A DNA stretch of 32,000 nt, taken from NCBI GenBank assembly GCA_963830375.1, contig CAWHMJ010000001.1, positions 260,632-292,631 on the forward strand, in the 5' to 3' direction. This DNA comes from an uncultured Acidobacteriota bacterium (GTDB lineage: Bacteria > Acidobacteriota > Terriglobia > Acidiferrales > UBA7541). Of this stretch, positions 1-8,689 are shown one piece after another. The notes below the pieces were generated by a model. The model did not search any database and was not told the DNA's origin. It worked only from the letters and a program-made list of their open reading frames with translations. Every line of letters starts with the position of its first letter. Position 1 is the stretch's first letter. The translations under genes were made by a program, and so were the position numbers.

Positions 1-1669
1 CGTAGCGGAAAATCATACCTTCGTTGCCGACCTGCTCGGTCGCCGCGGTGGCGATGGTTATCGACTGTGCGTCCACCATCTTGCCCATCACCCCGCCCGC
101 GCTATTGGCCGCGCACATCAGGATGGGATCGATGCCGAGCTGCTGCGCCGTGATCCGCTGGAGGCTGCCGAAGAGCGCGTTTGAGGACGTGTCGCTGCCG
201 GTGAGCGCGACGCCGAGCCAGCCGAGAAATGTTCCGAAGAACGGATACAGCCAGCCGGTCCGCGTGAAGGCCAGTCCCAGCACTGCGTCGAGTCCCGAAT
301 AGCGCGTGACGAATCCCAAGCCCAACATGAACGAGATGGCCACCATGGCCAGGCGCATGCGCACCAGCGTGCGCCAGAATGTTTTCATCAGAGCGATGGG
401 GCTCATGCCCAAAAGCAGCCCGGAAACGAGCGCGGCGAGAAAGCAGCCGCTGCCCGTCGCCGAAAGCCAGTTGAAATCGTAGCGCGCGGCTTCGGGCGTC
501 GGTTTCGCCACCACGGGAGCCGAGCGCGAAATGGCGTTGTGCAGATAGGGCCAGTCCCATCCAGGCTGCCCGGGGCGCACTTTTCCGTCGGCCTGCACGA
601 CGCGGTAAGCGGGAGTAGTCGCCTGGTTAATGGCGAGCTTTACCTTCGGCAGTCCCCAGAGCAGAACGAATACGGAAAGAATCGCGAATGGCATCCAGGC
701 TTTCAGCACGACGCTAGCAGGATATTTTTTCGGCGCGACGTATCCGTCATATTCCTTGGCGGGCCACTTGCCGCCCATGTCGTCCGCGATCTCGCCGGAA
801 AGAGGCGCAGCGGGAGAGGTGAGTTCGGGTTTGTCGTAATCGAAGCGCCAGATTCTTTTCGGCTTCCAGAAGCGCAGGAACACAATCGTCACGATGATGG
901 AAACGATCGCGCTCGCGATATCCACCAGGTTGCTGTCCACGTGATTCGACCAGAAATACTGAGTGACGGAGAATGAAACGCCCACGACGAGAATGGCGGG
1001 AAGCACTTCGAACGTTTCTTCCCAATTCACCATCGTTCGCACCAGCCAAAGCGGCACGATAACTGCGGTAAAGGGAAGGATGCGGCCGATCATAGCGCTA
1101 AGGTCGGATTCAGGCAGCCCAGAAACGGCGGCCAGCGCGTGGACGGGTGTTCCGATCGCTCCCCATGCAACCGGCGCGGTGTTCGCAATCAGATTGAGCG
1201 CCGCAGCATGGAACGGGCGGAAACCGAGACCAATCATGAACGCGCCGGCAATCGCGACCGGCGCTCCGAAGCCCGCAGCGCCTTCGATGAACGCGCCAAA
1301 ACAAAACGCAACAAGCAGCACTTGCAGGCGCCGGTCGGGCGTAATCCCCGCAATCGATTCCTTCATAATTTCAAACTGGCCGGTTTCCACGGAGATGTCG
1401 TACAGATATACCGCGGCGAGAACGATCCACGCGATTTTCAGGACCCCATATGCCACGCCGTACCCGAAGGCCGAGGCTGCGAGAATCAGCGGCATGTGGA
1501 ATATCAGAATCCCGACGAGCACGGCGGTGGAGGCTCCGGCAATGGCGCACCAATGTGGCTTTACTCGCAAGCCTGCGAGCAACGTGAACAGTACGATGAT
1601 CGGCAACGCCGCGACCAGCGTGGAGAGCCACCAATGGCCGAGGGGGTCGTACACCTGGGTCCAGTTCAT
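1..1669 (-). CDS. lctP: L-lactate permease (LctP/LldP family); C-terminal end runs off the left window edge
   Basis: Uninterrupted reverse-strand frame from ATG at 1669-1667 (GAAGGAG 6 nt upstream) to base 1. It is absent from the ORF track because it has no stop in the window. My translation starts MNWTQVYDPLGHWWLSTLVAALPIIVLF and contains the family hallmark LGWLGVALTGSDTSSNALFGSLQ...AANSAGGVMGKM. About 556 codons, multi-TM. Confidence 0.9.
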   Translation of the reverse strand, partial: MNWTQVYDPLGHWWLSTLVAALPIIVLFTLLAGLRVKPHWCAIAGASTAVLVGILIFHMPLILAASAFGYGVAYGVLKIAWIVLAAVYLYDISVETGQFEIMKESIAGITPDRRLQVLLVAFCFGAFIEGAAGFGAPVAIAGAFMIGLGFRPFHAAALNLIANTAPVAWGAIGTPVHALAAVSGLPESDLSAMIGRILPFTAVIVPLWLVRTMVNWEETFEVLPAILVVGVSFSVTQYFWSNHVDSNLVDIASAIVSIIVTIVFLRFWKPKRIWRFDYDKPELTSPAAPLSGEIADDMGGKWPAKEYDGYVAPKKYPASVVLKAWMPFAILSVFVLLWGLPKVKLAINQATTPAYRVVQADGKVRPGQPGWDWPYLHNAISRSAPVVAKPTPEAARYDFNWLSATGSGCFLAALVSGLLLGMSPIALMKTFWRTLVRMRLAMVAISFMLGLGFVTRYSGLDAVLGLAFTRTGWLYPFFGTFLGWLGVALTGSDTSSNALFGSLQRITAQQLGIDPILMCAANSAGGVMGKMVDAQSITIATAATEQVGNEGMIFRY

Positions 1670-1885
1670 CACGAGCTCCTTCACCTAGCGATGCCCGGAC
1701 CGCGGGCACTCTGCGGGCTCGTATATCCTCGCGAACTGCAATTGTCAAGATGAACGAGCGTGCCTTCGCTGGAAGGCTTGAGGTCACCTCCCTCGCCGGC
1801 AGCGCAGAAAATTCATTTTTCTGTCATGCAACCGCAACATGGCGAAAACTGAATCCTGCGGCGTCGCGCGACCGGATGGCGTAGA

Positions 1886-2701
1886 ATGAGCGTTCTCGAT
1901 ACCATGGACGAACTAGCTCGAATGAACGAAGAGGAAGACAAGGGTAGCGCGCTCCCCGCTATTATTTTGCTGCTCCTGGTCATTCTAATCGCCGTTTTTT
2001 GTGTGGAGTTCGGAGCGCAGACGCTGACGTGGTTTGAGGCCAAGCGATGGGAAGCGTCAAGTCCTTGGCTCGCGGACGTTCCGCAGCCGCTACCCACATC
2101 TTCCGACGATTCGTTAAAGGGTTCGCAAGCTAGAGCCTTCGAGTATGAATTCAATGTTCCGTGGAATGTTAAGATAAAAAACGTCGAGTCATTGTCTTAT
2201 ATCCAATTCGTCTCCAGCTCGGGACAAGTGGTAGTGTTCTTCGATCCCGATTCACAATTGGATGTGATCCACTCGCTGAAATCTTCGAACCCTACTGAAT
2301 ACCAGAAATTCGCGAATGTATTCGCCAATCAGCCGATTGAGTCAAACTACGCGCTGTACCAGGCGGTGTACTCGGCGTCACCGGCGCAATTCTCTCCGAT
2401 CATGAAGGTGGAGGAAGCGCGGCGCGATAACGTGCTGTTGCTCTGGAAGCTGTCCTTTGGCCCTGACTTGCGATCGGTTGCCGCGCCGGCCTTCTATTCA
2501 TTTGACTGGGGGAAAAACCGAGGGTTTCAGTTCGGAGATCCAGCGAAAGGCCAACCGGTGGCGCTACGTGTTTTCGACGATAGCAATCGCCAATTCCGGT
2601 TTATTTTCACCGTGGCATTCGGTTCCGGCGCGAAAATCACTCAGAGCGACATCAACATAGCTATGCGCTCTCTTCAGCCTGTCCCCATCATCGATCGTTA
2701 G
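1886..2701 (+). CDS. Hypothetical N-terminally membrane-anchored protein (no recognisable domain)
   Basis: 271-aa ORF in the track with one hydrophobic helix (ALPAIILLLLVILIAVFCV) after an acidic N-terminus. The rest is soluble-looking. GC is visibly lower than in flanking genes. Confidence 0.55.
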   Translation: MSVLDTMDELARMNEEEDKGSALPAIILLLLVILIAVFCVEFGAQTLTWFEAKRWEASSPWLADVPQPLPTSSDDSLKGSQARAFEYEFNVPWNVKIKNVESLSYIQFVSSSGQVVVFFDPDSQLDVIHSLKSSNPTEYQKFANVFANQPIESNYALYQAVYSASPAQFSPIMKVEEARRDNVLLLWKLSFGPDLRSVAAPAFYSFDWGKNRGFQFGDPAKGQPVALRVFDDSNRQFRFIFTVAFGSGAKITQSDINIAMRSLQPVPIIDR

Positions 2702-2704
2702 GCC

Positions 2705-3848
2705 TCAGGCCTTCGCTTTGTTGTGGAGTTCTAACACACTCCGGTAGTAGTTCTCATACTGTGGGATTACATCGTTCGAGCAATACTTGCTGCGGGCGTT
2801 AATGCGCGCTTGCTGGCCCATCGCGCGGCCGCGGTCAGGACGCGTAAGAATTTCAAGCGCATACTTCGCTGCCGGCTTTGACGTCGCGCGGCGCGAACCA
2901 AATAGCCGTCCACGCCGTGCGTGACGACTTCCGGCAGCCCGCCGACATTCGTCGCGATCACCGGAACCTCGCAGGCCATCGCTTCCAGCGCCGCCAGGCC
3001 GAACGATTCCTCGTCGCTGGGCAAAAGAAACAAATCCGCCAGGCCCAATTTCTCCTGAACGCTGTCCTGCTTGCCCAGAAAAAATACATCCTTTGAAAGG
3101 CCCTTCTTGCGCACCATGAAATCAGCCGCGCCACGGTCCGGGCCGTCGCCCATCATCACCAGCTTGGCCGGAATCTTTTCGCGCACCAGCGCAAAGATTT
3201 CGATCACATCGCATGACTCGCTTCACCGGACGGAAATTCGATAGATGCATCAGGATGGGCTCGCCGTTCTGCGCCCATTGCTGCCGTGCAGGCTGATCCT
3301 TGCACGCGCATGTACAGATCGCAGTTCACGAAATTCGGAATCACTTCGATGGGCCGCTTGATTTCGAATTCGTGAACGGTGCGCTCGCGCAGATAATTCG
3401 AAATCGCGGTGACGCCGTCGCTCTGCTCGATCGAAAACCGCGTGATGGGAAGGTAGCTGCGGTCGTTGCCGACCAGCGTGATGTCCGTGCCGTGCAGAGT
3501 GGTGATGAACGGCAGCTTCTTCGGCTGCGCCATCATCCGCGCCAGCAGCGCGCTCACCGAATGGGGAATCGCGTAGTGCACGTGCAGCAAGTCGAGCGAG
3601 GCTTCTTCGGCAACTTCAAACATTTTGGTCGCCAGAGCCAGCGTGTAAGGAGGGTGATCGAAAAGCGGATACGACGTGACTTCCACTTCGTGAAAAAAAA
3701 TCCGCTCGTGCGCCGAGCTCAGCCGGATGGGCATGGCGTAGCTGATGAAATGGATTTCGTGGCCCCGCGCGGCAAGCTCGATGCCCAGTTCCGTCGCAAC
3801 CACGCCGGAGCCGCCGTACGTCGGATAGCATGTGATTCCGATTTTCAT
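2705..3848 (-). pseudogene. bshA: BshA-like GT4 glycosyltransferase (N-acetyl-alpha-D-glucosaminyl L-malate synthase), interrupted by about 4 frameshifts as sequenced
   Basis: The N-terminal ORF 3204-3848 starts [35 protein letters not shown] and includes [11 protein letters not shown], matching BshA as I remember it. The remainder is recovered only by switching frame near 3298, 3211, 2897 and 2873: [16 protein letters not shown]; [26 protein letters not shown]...ESFGLAALEAMACEVPVIATNVGGLPEVV; AAKYALEILTRPDRGRAMGQQARINARSKYCSNDVIPQYENYYRSVLELHNKAKA. The real stop is TGA at 2707-2705. Confidence 0.8.
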
Positions 3849-3979
3849 TCGACCTCACTGTACTGTAGCAGCCGCGTGCTGCGGGCGGCAACCGGTGCGT
3901 TCGCTTGCGCGGTCGATGCTTGGATGCTAGATTCGCTCCCCGGCCGCTTGCACATTAGACGCGCCGCAGGGGCACCAGG

Positions 3980-4744
3980 GTGGAGCGACTTTCGGGAAAA
4001 GTAGCGTTCATCACAGGTGGCGGAACGGGAATCGGCCGTGCTTGTGCGTTGGCGTTCGCTGCCGAAGGCGCGCAAGTTGCCCTAGCAGGCCGCAGGAAAG
4101 AGCCACTTGAGAAGTTGTCACGCGAGATTCAGTCGTCGGGCGGCAAAGCATTGGCGGTAACGTGCGACGTCGTCGATCGCGAAGCCGTGGAGGCTGCGAT
4201 TGCGCGTGTCGCGCAGCACTTTGGTCATCTAAACGTCATTGTGAACAATGCGGGAGCCGTCATGGTTGGAACCGCCGAAGAAACTTCCGACGAAGATTGG
4301 AGCCGCGTGCTGGCGACAAATTTGACCGGCACATTTCTCGTCTCGCGCGCAGCGATTCCGGCCCTCCGGAAATCCGGGGGCGGCTCGATCGTCAACATCG
4401 GTTCGTACCTTGGAATCGTAGCCCGCCAGCCAGCGCGCCGCTTATTGCGCGGCAAAAGCCGGGGTTGCCGGATTGACGCGAGCGATGGCGCTCGACCACG
4501 CGCAAGATAACATTCGTGTGAACTGCGTGTGCCCGGCGATCGTCGAGACCGAGATGGCACTCCTTTCGCTCTCTAAGGCGCGCGACCCGGAAGCAGCGCG
4601 AAAGCAGCGCATCGCGGAACTTCCGCTCGGGCGTTTTGGAAAGCCGGAAGACATCGCGCTCATGGCTTTGTATCTCGCGTCCGACGAATCTTCTTGGGTT
4701 ACCGGACCGTGATTCCGATCGATGGAGGTCAGACGGCTTCCTGA
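3980..4744 (+). pseudogene. Short-chain dehydrogenase/reductase (SDR) family oxidoreductase, 2 apparent frameshifts as sequenced
   Basis: GTG start, then MERLSGKVAFITGGGTGIG (TGxxxGxG), NNAG and IVNIGS. The catalytic YCAAKAGVAGLTRAMALDHAQDNIRVNCVCPAIVET lies in another frame (shift around 4425-4440). The C-terminal WVTGP-VIPIDGGQTAS needs a second shift near 4710. Stop TGA at 4742-4744. Confidence 0.85.
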
Positions 4745-4791
4745 TATGGCGCGATGCTTCCAAGCCGACTGAGTATCTTGCGGCAAGCGAC

Positions 4792-5202
4792 GTGCGAGAA
4801 CGCATCCGCACGAGCAATACCGCGAAACAACTTGGTTTTGTCATCGAAAAAGCGGAGCGGGGGAAAGTGGCGCTGCGGATGCCGGTGGAAGCGCTGCACA
4901 AGCAGGTTTACGGCGTGGTGCACGGCGGGGTACTCGCGGCGCTGGCTGATACGGCGGGAGGGCTGGCGACCTACATGGCGTGTCCGCGCGGGACGCGAGT
5001 GGCTACGGTGGAGATGAAGATTAATTTTCTGGAAGCGGTGGAAGCGGGTACTGTGTTCGCCGAGGCTGAGGTGGTGCGCAGGGGAAGGCACATCGCGGTG
5101 GTGGATTGCGACGTGCGCGACGACCGCGGCAGGCTGGTGGCCAAGGCGCTGATGACTTTTTTTGTGGGCCCGTTTAGAAAAAATCGAAAGAGCCGGGCTT
5201 AG
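4792..5202 (+). CDS. PaaI/YbgC-like hotdog-fold thioesterase
   Basis: LGFVIEKAERGKVALRMPV...VHGGVLAALADTAGGLA...TVEMKINFLEAV...GRHIAVVDCDV...GRLVAKALMTF is the typical PaaI pattern. The start is uncertain: GTG at 4792 is in frame. ATG at 4746 would need one more indel, giving MRDASKPTEYLAAS. Confidence 0.75.
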   Translation: MRERIRTSNTAKQLGFVIEKAERGKVALRMPVEALHKQVYGVVHGGVLAALADTAGGLATYMACPRGTRVATVEMKINFLEAVEAGTVFAEAEVVRRGRHIAVVDCDVRDDRGRLVAKALMTFFVGPFRKNRKSRA

Positions 5203-5241
5203 TTTTCCTCTACCCTTCGACTGCCACGACTCAGCCACGAC

Positions 5242-5598
5242 TTACTGCCCGTTCGTGCCACCCTGTGCGGCTTCGTCGCCATCCTTGTAGAGGTACTTGA
5301 TGGAGTGCTTGTAGAGCAGGATGTTGGGGCTGCCGTAGCGCGTCAGCTTGATGCATTCGCGGTCGTACCATTCCACGGTGCCGCGCAGCACTTCGCCGTC
5401 GTTCAGCACCACGGCGACGGGCGTGCGCGACTGCATCTGCTTGACGAAGTAGAAATTCTCAGCGTGAGTCTGTTCCGGCGGCGCGGGCTTTTTCCGCGGC
5501 GCGACCTGCTGGGGCATGGACTGCACCGGGCGGGGCGCGGCGGCGAACTGGTCCTTCACCTCCGTAAGGCTGGGGCGGAAAAGTTTGCGATTTACCAT
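5242..5598 (-). CDS. hfq: Hfq-like Sm-fold RNA-binding protein with extended Pro/Ala-rich N-terminus
   Basis: The 118-aa ORF has a core NFYFVKQMQSRTPVAVVLNDGEVLRGTVEWYDRECIKLTRYGSPNILLYKHSIKY. This aligns with the Hfq Sm1 (V.V.L.NG..L.G.I..FD) and Sm2 (YKHAI) motifs. Confidence 0.6.
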   Translation of the reverse strand: MVNRKLFRPSLTEVKDQFAAAPRPVQSMPQQVAPRKKPAPPEQTHAENFYFVKQMQSRTPVAVVLNDGEVLRGTVEWYDRECIKLTRYGSPNILLYKHSIKYLYKDGDEAAQGGTNGQ

Positions 5599-5690
5599 AT
5601 AAGTGCTCCTTGCACCTTCTCCTTGTTATGACTGTGCCAGGAGAGATTCGGTTGCAGGATTTAGAAAAATAGTCGAAATTTTATTTGGTC

Positions 5691-6793
5691 CTAGCGGTTT
5701 GCAAGCGAGGCGAGGTGAGCGTCGAGGCCGAGTTGGCGGCCTACATTACGCCGCAAGCGGCTATCCAGCACGTCAAAGCCCTGCGTAGCCCGCAAGACCC
5801 ATTCAAAATTTATTTTCTGGCCGAGGGCCTCTAGCTCCCGGCGTAGATCCGGGTTTCGAGGCAAGTTTTGTTTCTGACCTTGGGAAAATTCCAGAAGGTC
5901 GGTGAGCAGACTATAAAACAGGTCCAGAATATTTTCAAACGATTCCTTTTCGCGTTTGGCGAGCTGGGCGGTGGCGGCGAACATCTGGCCGGATTTTTCG
6001 CCGGTGATGGCCTGGCCGAGCAGGGCCAGAACAGCCCGGCGCAGGCGCGAGGATTCTTCCAGATCGAGCGTGAGCGCCATTCCGGGGCTGCCGCAGGAAA
6101 GCTGCGCGAGCAAGTTTTCGGTCGGCGGGCTTTCGCGCCGGTGCGTTCCTTCAGGAACGCTTCCATCTGCTCCTCGCGAACGGGCGCGAAATGGAATTGC
6201 AGGCAGCGCGAGCGGATGGTCGGCAGCAGAGAATCCGGAGTGGGCGCGAGAAGGATCAAGGTGGCGGAGTCCGGCGGCTCTTCCAGGATTTTCAGGAAGA
6301 CGTCGGCGTCAGTCCAGCGCATGGTGTCCGCGCCGTCGAGAATAAAGACGCGGCGGCGGCCTTGCGGCTTGAAGTAGGCGGCGCGCTGCACGGCGCGCAA
6401 TTGGCCCACGCGAATCATGGGACGCGCGACCGGAGTGCGCAGGCGCACGGGGTCGGGAACGATGAGCCAAACATCGGGATTGGTTTCGATGAGCAGGGGC
6501 ATGCGCTCGACCATGGCTGCGTCGGCGCTTTCGCCGCGTTCGGCGAGGCCCAGCTCGATGAGAGGCGCGGGATCGGCAAGGCGCGCGATTTGCCTGCAGG
6601 GTTCGCATTCGCCGCAGAAATCGTCTTTCAGGCGCTCGCAGTTGGCGGCTTGGGCGAACATCCGCGCGAGCGTGTATTTTCCGATTCCGCGCGGGCCGGT
6701 GAAAAGCAGCGCGCTGGGGACGCGTTCGCGGCGCAGCATTCCGCGAAGCGCGGTGACGATGCGTTCGTTGCCGAGAAATTCGTCGAAGCCCAT
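5691..6793 (-). pseudogene. holB: DNA polymerase III delta-prime subunit (clamp-loader AAA+), 1 apparent frameshift as sequenced
   Basis: From ATG at 6793-6791: MGFDEFLGNERIVTALRGMLRRERVPSALLFTGPRGIGKYTLA (Walker A), a zinc module CGECEPC, VFILDGADTM, and SRC motif PTIRSRC. The C-terminal domain (NLLAQLSCGSPGMAL...) continues in ORF 5691-6113 after a shift near 6130. The start lies 1 nt downstream of the tmk stop codon, the classic tmk-holB arrangement. Confidence 0.85.
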
Positions 6794-6794
6794 A

Positions 6795-7497
6795 TTATTT
6801 GTTAGCCCGCAGAGTGGGAGTGACGTGCGCCTGCACGGCTGCAAGAATTTCCTGGTGAATTGATTCGGGAGCGCGCAGACGCTTTCGCCGCGGCATCGTA
6901 GCATTCGATTTTGACCCAATTCGGCTGGCGCGCGAGCTGGTCGTACACTTCCGAAGTTGCCTGCAAGTGCGCGAGGTCGGATTCCTGAATGTCGTGGCGC
7001 AATTTGGTGTAATCGCGGGCAGCCTTTTCGCCGACCAGGCGATGAGCTTCGGCGGGTGGCACGCGCAGATAGATGACGAGATCTTCGGCGGGCAGCGCGT
7101 ACACCTGATATTCAAGCTGCTTGAGCCATTGCAGGAATTCGGCGCGCTTTTCGGGCGGGACGCGAGCGCTCTGATGCGCGAGATTCGAGCCGATGTAACG
7201 GTCGGCGACGACGGTTTGTCCGGAGGCAAGATCGGATTCGATGCGCGGTTTGGCCTCGAAACGGTCGCCGGCGTAGAGCAGGGCAGAGAAGTGCGGGTCC
7301 ACGGCTTCGAGGGAACCGAAATCTCCGTTGAGGTAGTGGCCGGCCATTTTGCCGAAAAATCCGTCGTAGCGCGGGAAACTGATCTGCGAGCAAGCGACGC
7401 CGCGGGAGGCGAAGGCGCGCACGAGCATTTCGAGCTGGGTGCGTTTGCCGGAGCCGTCAATTCCTTCGAGAACGATAAATTTTCCGCGGGCAGGCAT
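6795..7497 (-). pseudogene. tmk: Thymidylate kinase, 1 apparent frameshift near the C-terminus as sequenced
   Basis: From ATG at 7497-7495: MPARGKFIVLEGIDGSGKRTQ (P-loop), DRY motif ADRYIGSNLAHQ. The last ~30 aa (RKRLRAPESIHQEILAAVQAHVTPTLRANK) lie in the frame of ORF 6795-7520 after a shift near 6888. The track ORF extension up to 7917 is read-through of repeat DNA. Confidence 0.85.
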
Positions 7498-7609
7498 CGA
7501 ATTGCCGCCCAGTCTAGCATAGGGGCCAGTGGCGGGTGATGAGTGACTAGTGGTTAGAGGAAGACCGGTGGGCTGTGAGTGGCTTGAGCGCGGCTTATAA
7601 GCGGCCGGA

Positions 7610-7690
7610 CTATTGGTGGCGCGAACCTCAGGGGTTGAAACCCCTGAATTTTGGACGCTCTTCGGCACGGCTGAAGCCGTGCCCTGACGT
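7610..7690. repeat. REP-like hairpin elements (two adjacent palindromic units)
   Basis: TCAGGGGT-TGAA-ACCCCTGA (7628-7647, 8-bp stem) and GGCACGGCT-GA-AGCCGTGCC (7664-7683, 9-bp stem). From memory, the second unit is a common interspersed motif in Acidobacteria-type genomes. Confidence 0.6.
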
Positions 7691-7707
7691 AACCAATTTC
7701 CCATGTG

Positions 7708-7855
7708 TGCAAATCTAGAACCGGTTAGAAATGTCGTAACCGACGCGTCGAGCGTTTGCATACATGCAAATCTAGAACCGGGTAGAAATGGGCCGATGCT
7801 TTGTTTTGAGTGCGTTACAGCCATTTCTACTCGTAGGCCAGAACCGGGTAGAAAT
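7708..7855. repeat. Three direct copies of a ~26-nt repeat TGCAAATCTAGAACCGGKTAGAAATG with unique spacers
   Basis: R1 is at 7708-7733 and R2 at 7765-7790 (1 mismatch). R3 at 7838-7855 retains only the 3-prime 18 nt, CCAGAACCGGGTAGAAAT. The periods are 57 and 66 nt. The core contains the palindrome AACCGGTT. A fourth partial copy, ATGCAAATCCAGAA, is at 8268-8281. Confidence 0.7.
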
Positions 7856-8097
7856 ACATTGCGCCTCTTGCTCGGCGCTCCGATCGCGCCCTCCAAGAAG
7901 CTGGCGGGTAAACTCAAATTTTCGTCGGGGCAAAAGTTGATTTTTTGGCGATTTGAGCAGATCGCCGGTGTTTGTTTTCTGCGGGTTGCGAGGTGTTCTA
8001 TTTCCGGAGTTTGGCGATTTAATTTGGCGGAATTCGTGGAGAACGGAGCGGCGTGCGAGAGCTCGCGGTGAGAAAGTAGTCGCGAGAAAATGGGCGG

Positions 8098-8182
8098 CCC
8101 TTCGCAGCTCAGGGTAAAACCATCCCAACTCAGGGTAAACCCATCCCGGCTCAGGGCAAGCCCTTCGCAGCTCAGGGTAAAC
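8098..8182. repeat. Four tandem 20-22-nt units (consensus CCCWTCSCRGCTCAGGGTAAA)
   Basis: The units are 8098-8119 CCCTTCGCAGCTCAGGGTAAAA, 8120-8139 CCATCCCAACTCAGGGTAAA, 8140-8160 CCCATCCCGGCTCAGGGCAAG and 8161-8182 CCCTTCGCAGCTCAGGGTAAAC. Units 1 and 4 are identical except for the last base. Confidence 0.85.
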
Positions 8183-8204
8183 AGGAATGGCGGCTGCCAT
8201 TCCT
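8183..8204. other. Perfect 9-bp stem / 4-nt loop hairpin abutting the tandem array
   Basis: AGGAATGGC-GGCT-GCCATTCCT. No U-tract follows on either strand, so it is not a canonical intrinsic terminator. Confidence 0.6.
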
Positions 8205-8410
8205 GAACTGCTTACTGCGCCGACTTTTTCTATGCTCCACATAGCTCCAATTCAAGGCTAACACACGATGCAAATCCAGAATTGTGTGAGCATTTCGCAA
8301 GTCGTTTTGGGAGTGGTGGTTGGGAGGGTCATTCCCAAAATGGGAAACTGCGATTTTTGTGCTTAATTTCGGCTAGAGGCACGACGTCAAAACCCGAACC
8401 CTTCACACGC

Positions 8411-8490
8411 CGAAGGGTTCGGCACCCCCGCGAGTTTCGATCGTGCTGTGGGGGAAGTCCGGTTTGGCGCGGAAAGGTGGGCCACCCGCC
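8411..8490. repeat. Two copies of the interspersed CGAAGRGTnGGCCACCCGC-type repeat
   Basis: CGAAGGGTTCGGCACCCCCGC at 8411-8431 forms a 9-bp hairpin with CGAACCCTT just upstream. GGAAAGGTGGGCCACCCGCC is at 8471-8490. The same family recurs at 10815-11088 and 16795-16814. Confidence 0.7.
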
Positions 8491-8689
8491 CCATGTTTGG
8501 TCAATTGAAAACTGTTTGCTTGCCGGATAGAGGTGCTAATATCGCCGCTTAAATGGAGAGCGTTCGAATCATAGTCAGCGGGTCCTATAGAGTTTCATAA
8601 AAGTATGGGGAAGCCAAACACAAATCCAAAAGAGACAGCGGGTTTGGTCCGCAGGCACACGGGAACTGGGCAAATGGGCAGGAGTTATC

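Noticed and set aside
963-1753. Plus-strand ORFs 963-1688 (241 aa) and 1139-1753 (204 aa)
   Set aside because: Both overlap the continuous reverse-strand lactate permease frame. Their translations (Thr/Ser/Ala/Arg-rich, no TM pattern) look like alternative frames of a real gene.
7628-7652. Intrinsic terminator (8-bp stem TCAGGGGT/ACCCCTGA followed by ATTTT on the plus strand)
   Set aside because: No plus-strand gene lies upstream of it to terminate; tmk is on the minus strand and starts at 7497. It sits in a cluster of REP-like hairpins, so I annotate it as a repeat.
7708-7855. Calling the 26-nt repeats a CRISPR array
   Set aside because: There are only 2 full repeats plus 1 partial. The spacers are unequal (31 versus ~40 nt). 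The degenerate part of the third copy is at its 5-prime end. No cas gene is in the window. I keep it as an unexplained repeat finding, not a CRISPR feature.
7498-7917. N-terminal extension of the tmk ORF (track ORF 6802-7917, 371 aa)
   Set aside because: The extension translates REP-like and direct-repeat DNA (GTASAVPKSVQNSGVSTPEVRATNS...). The thymidylate kinase P-loop begins right after the internal ATG at 7497. A similar extension of holB (to 6919) is rejected in favour of ATG 6793.
7772-8242. 156-aa minus-strand ORF translating the 21-nt tandem repeats as PELRRA/YPELGW repeats
   Set aside because: The units are 20-22 nt long, not a multiple of 3, so the periodic peptide is not maintained in frame. 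There is no SD or start context. The ORF spans several unrelated repeat families.
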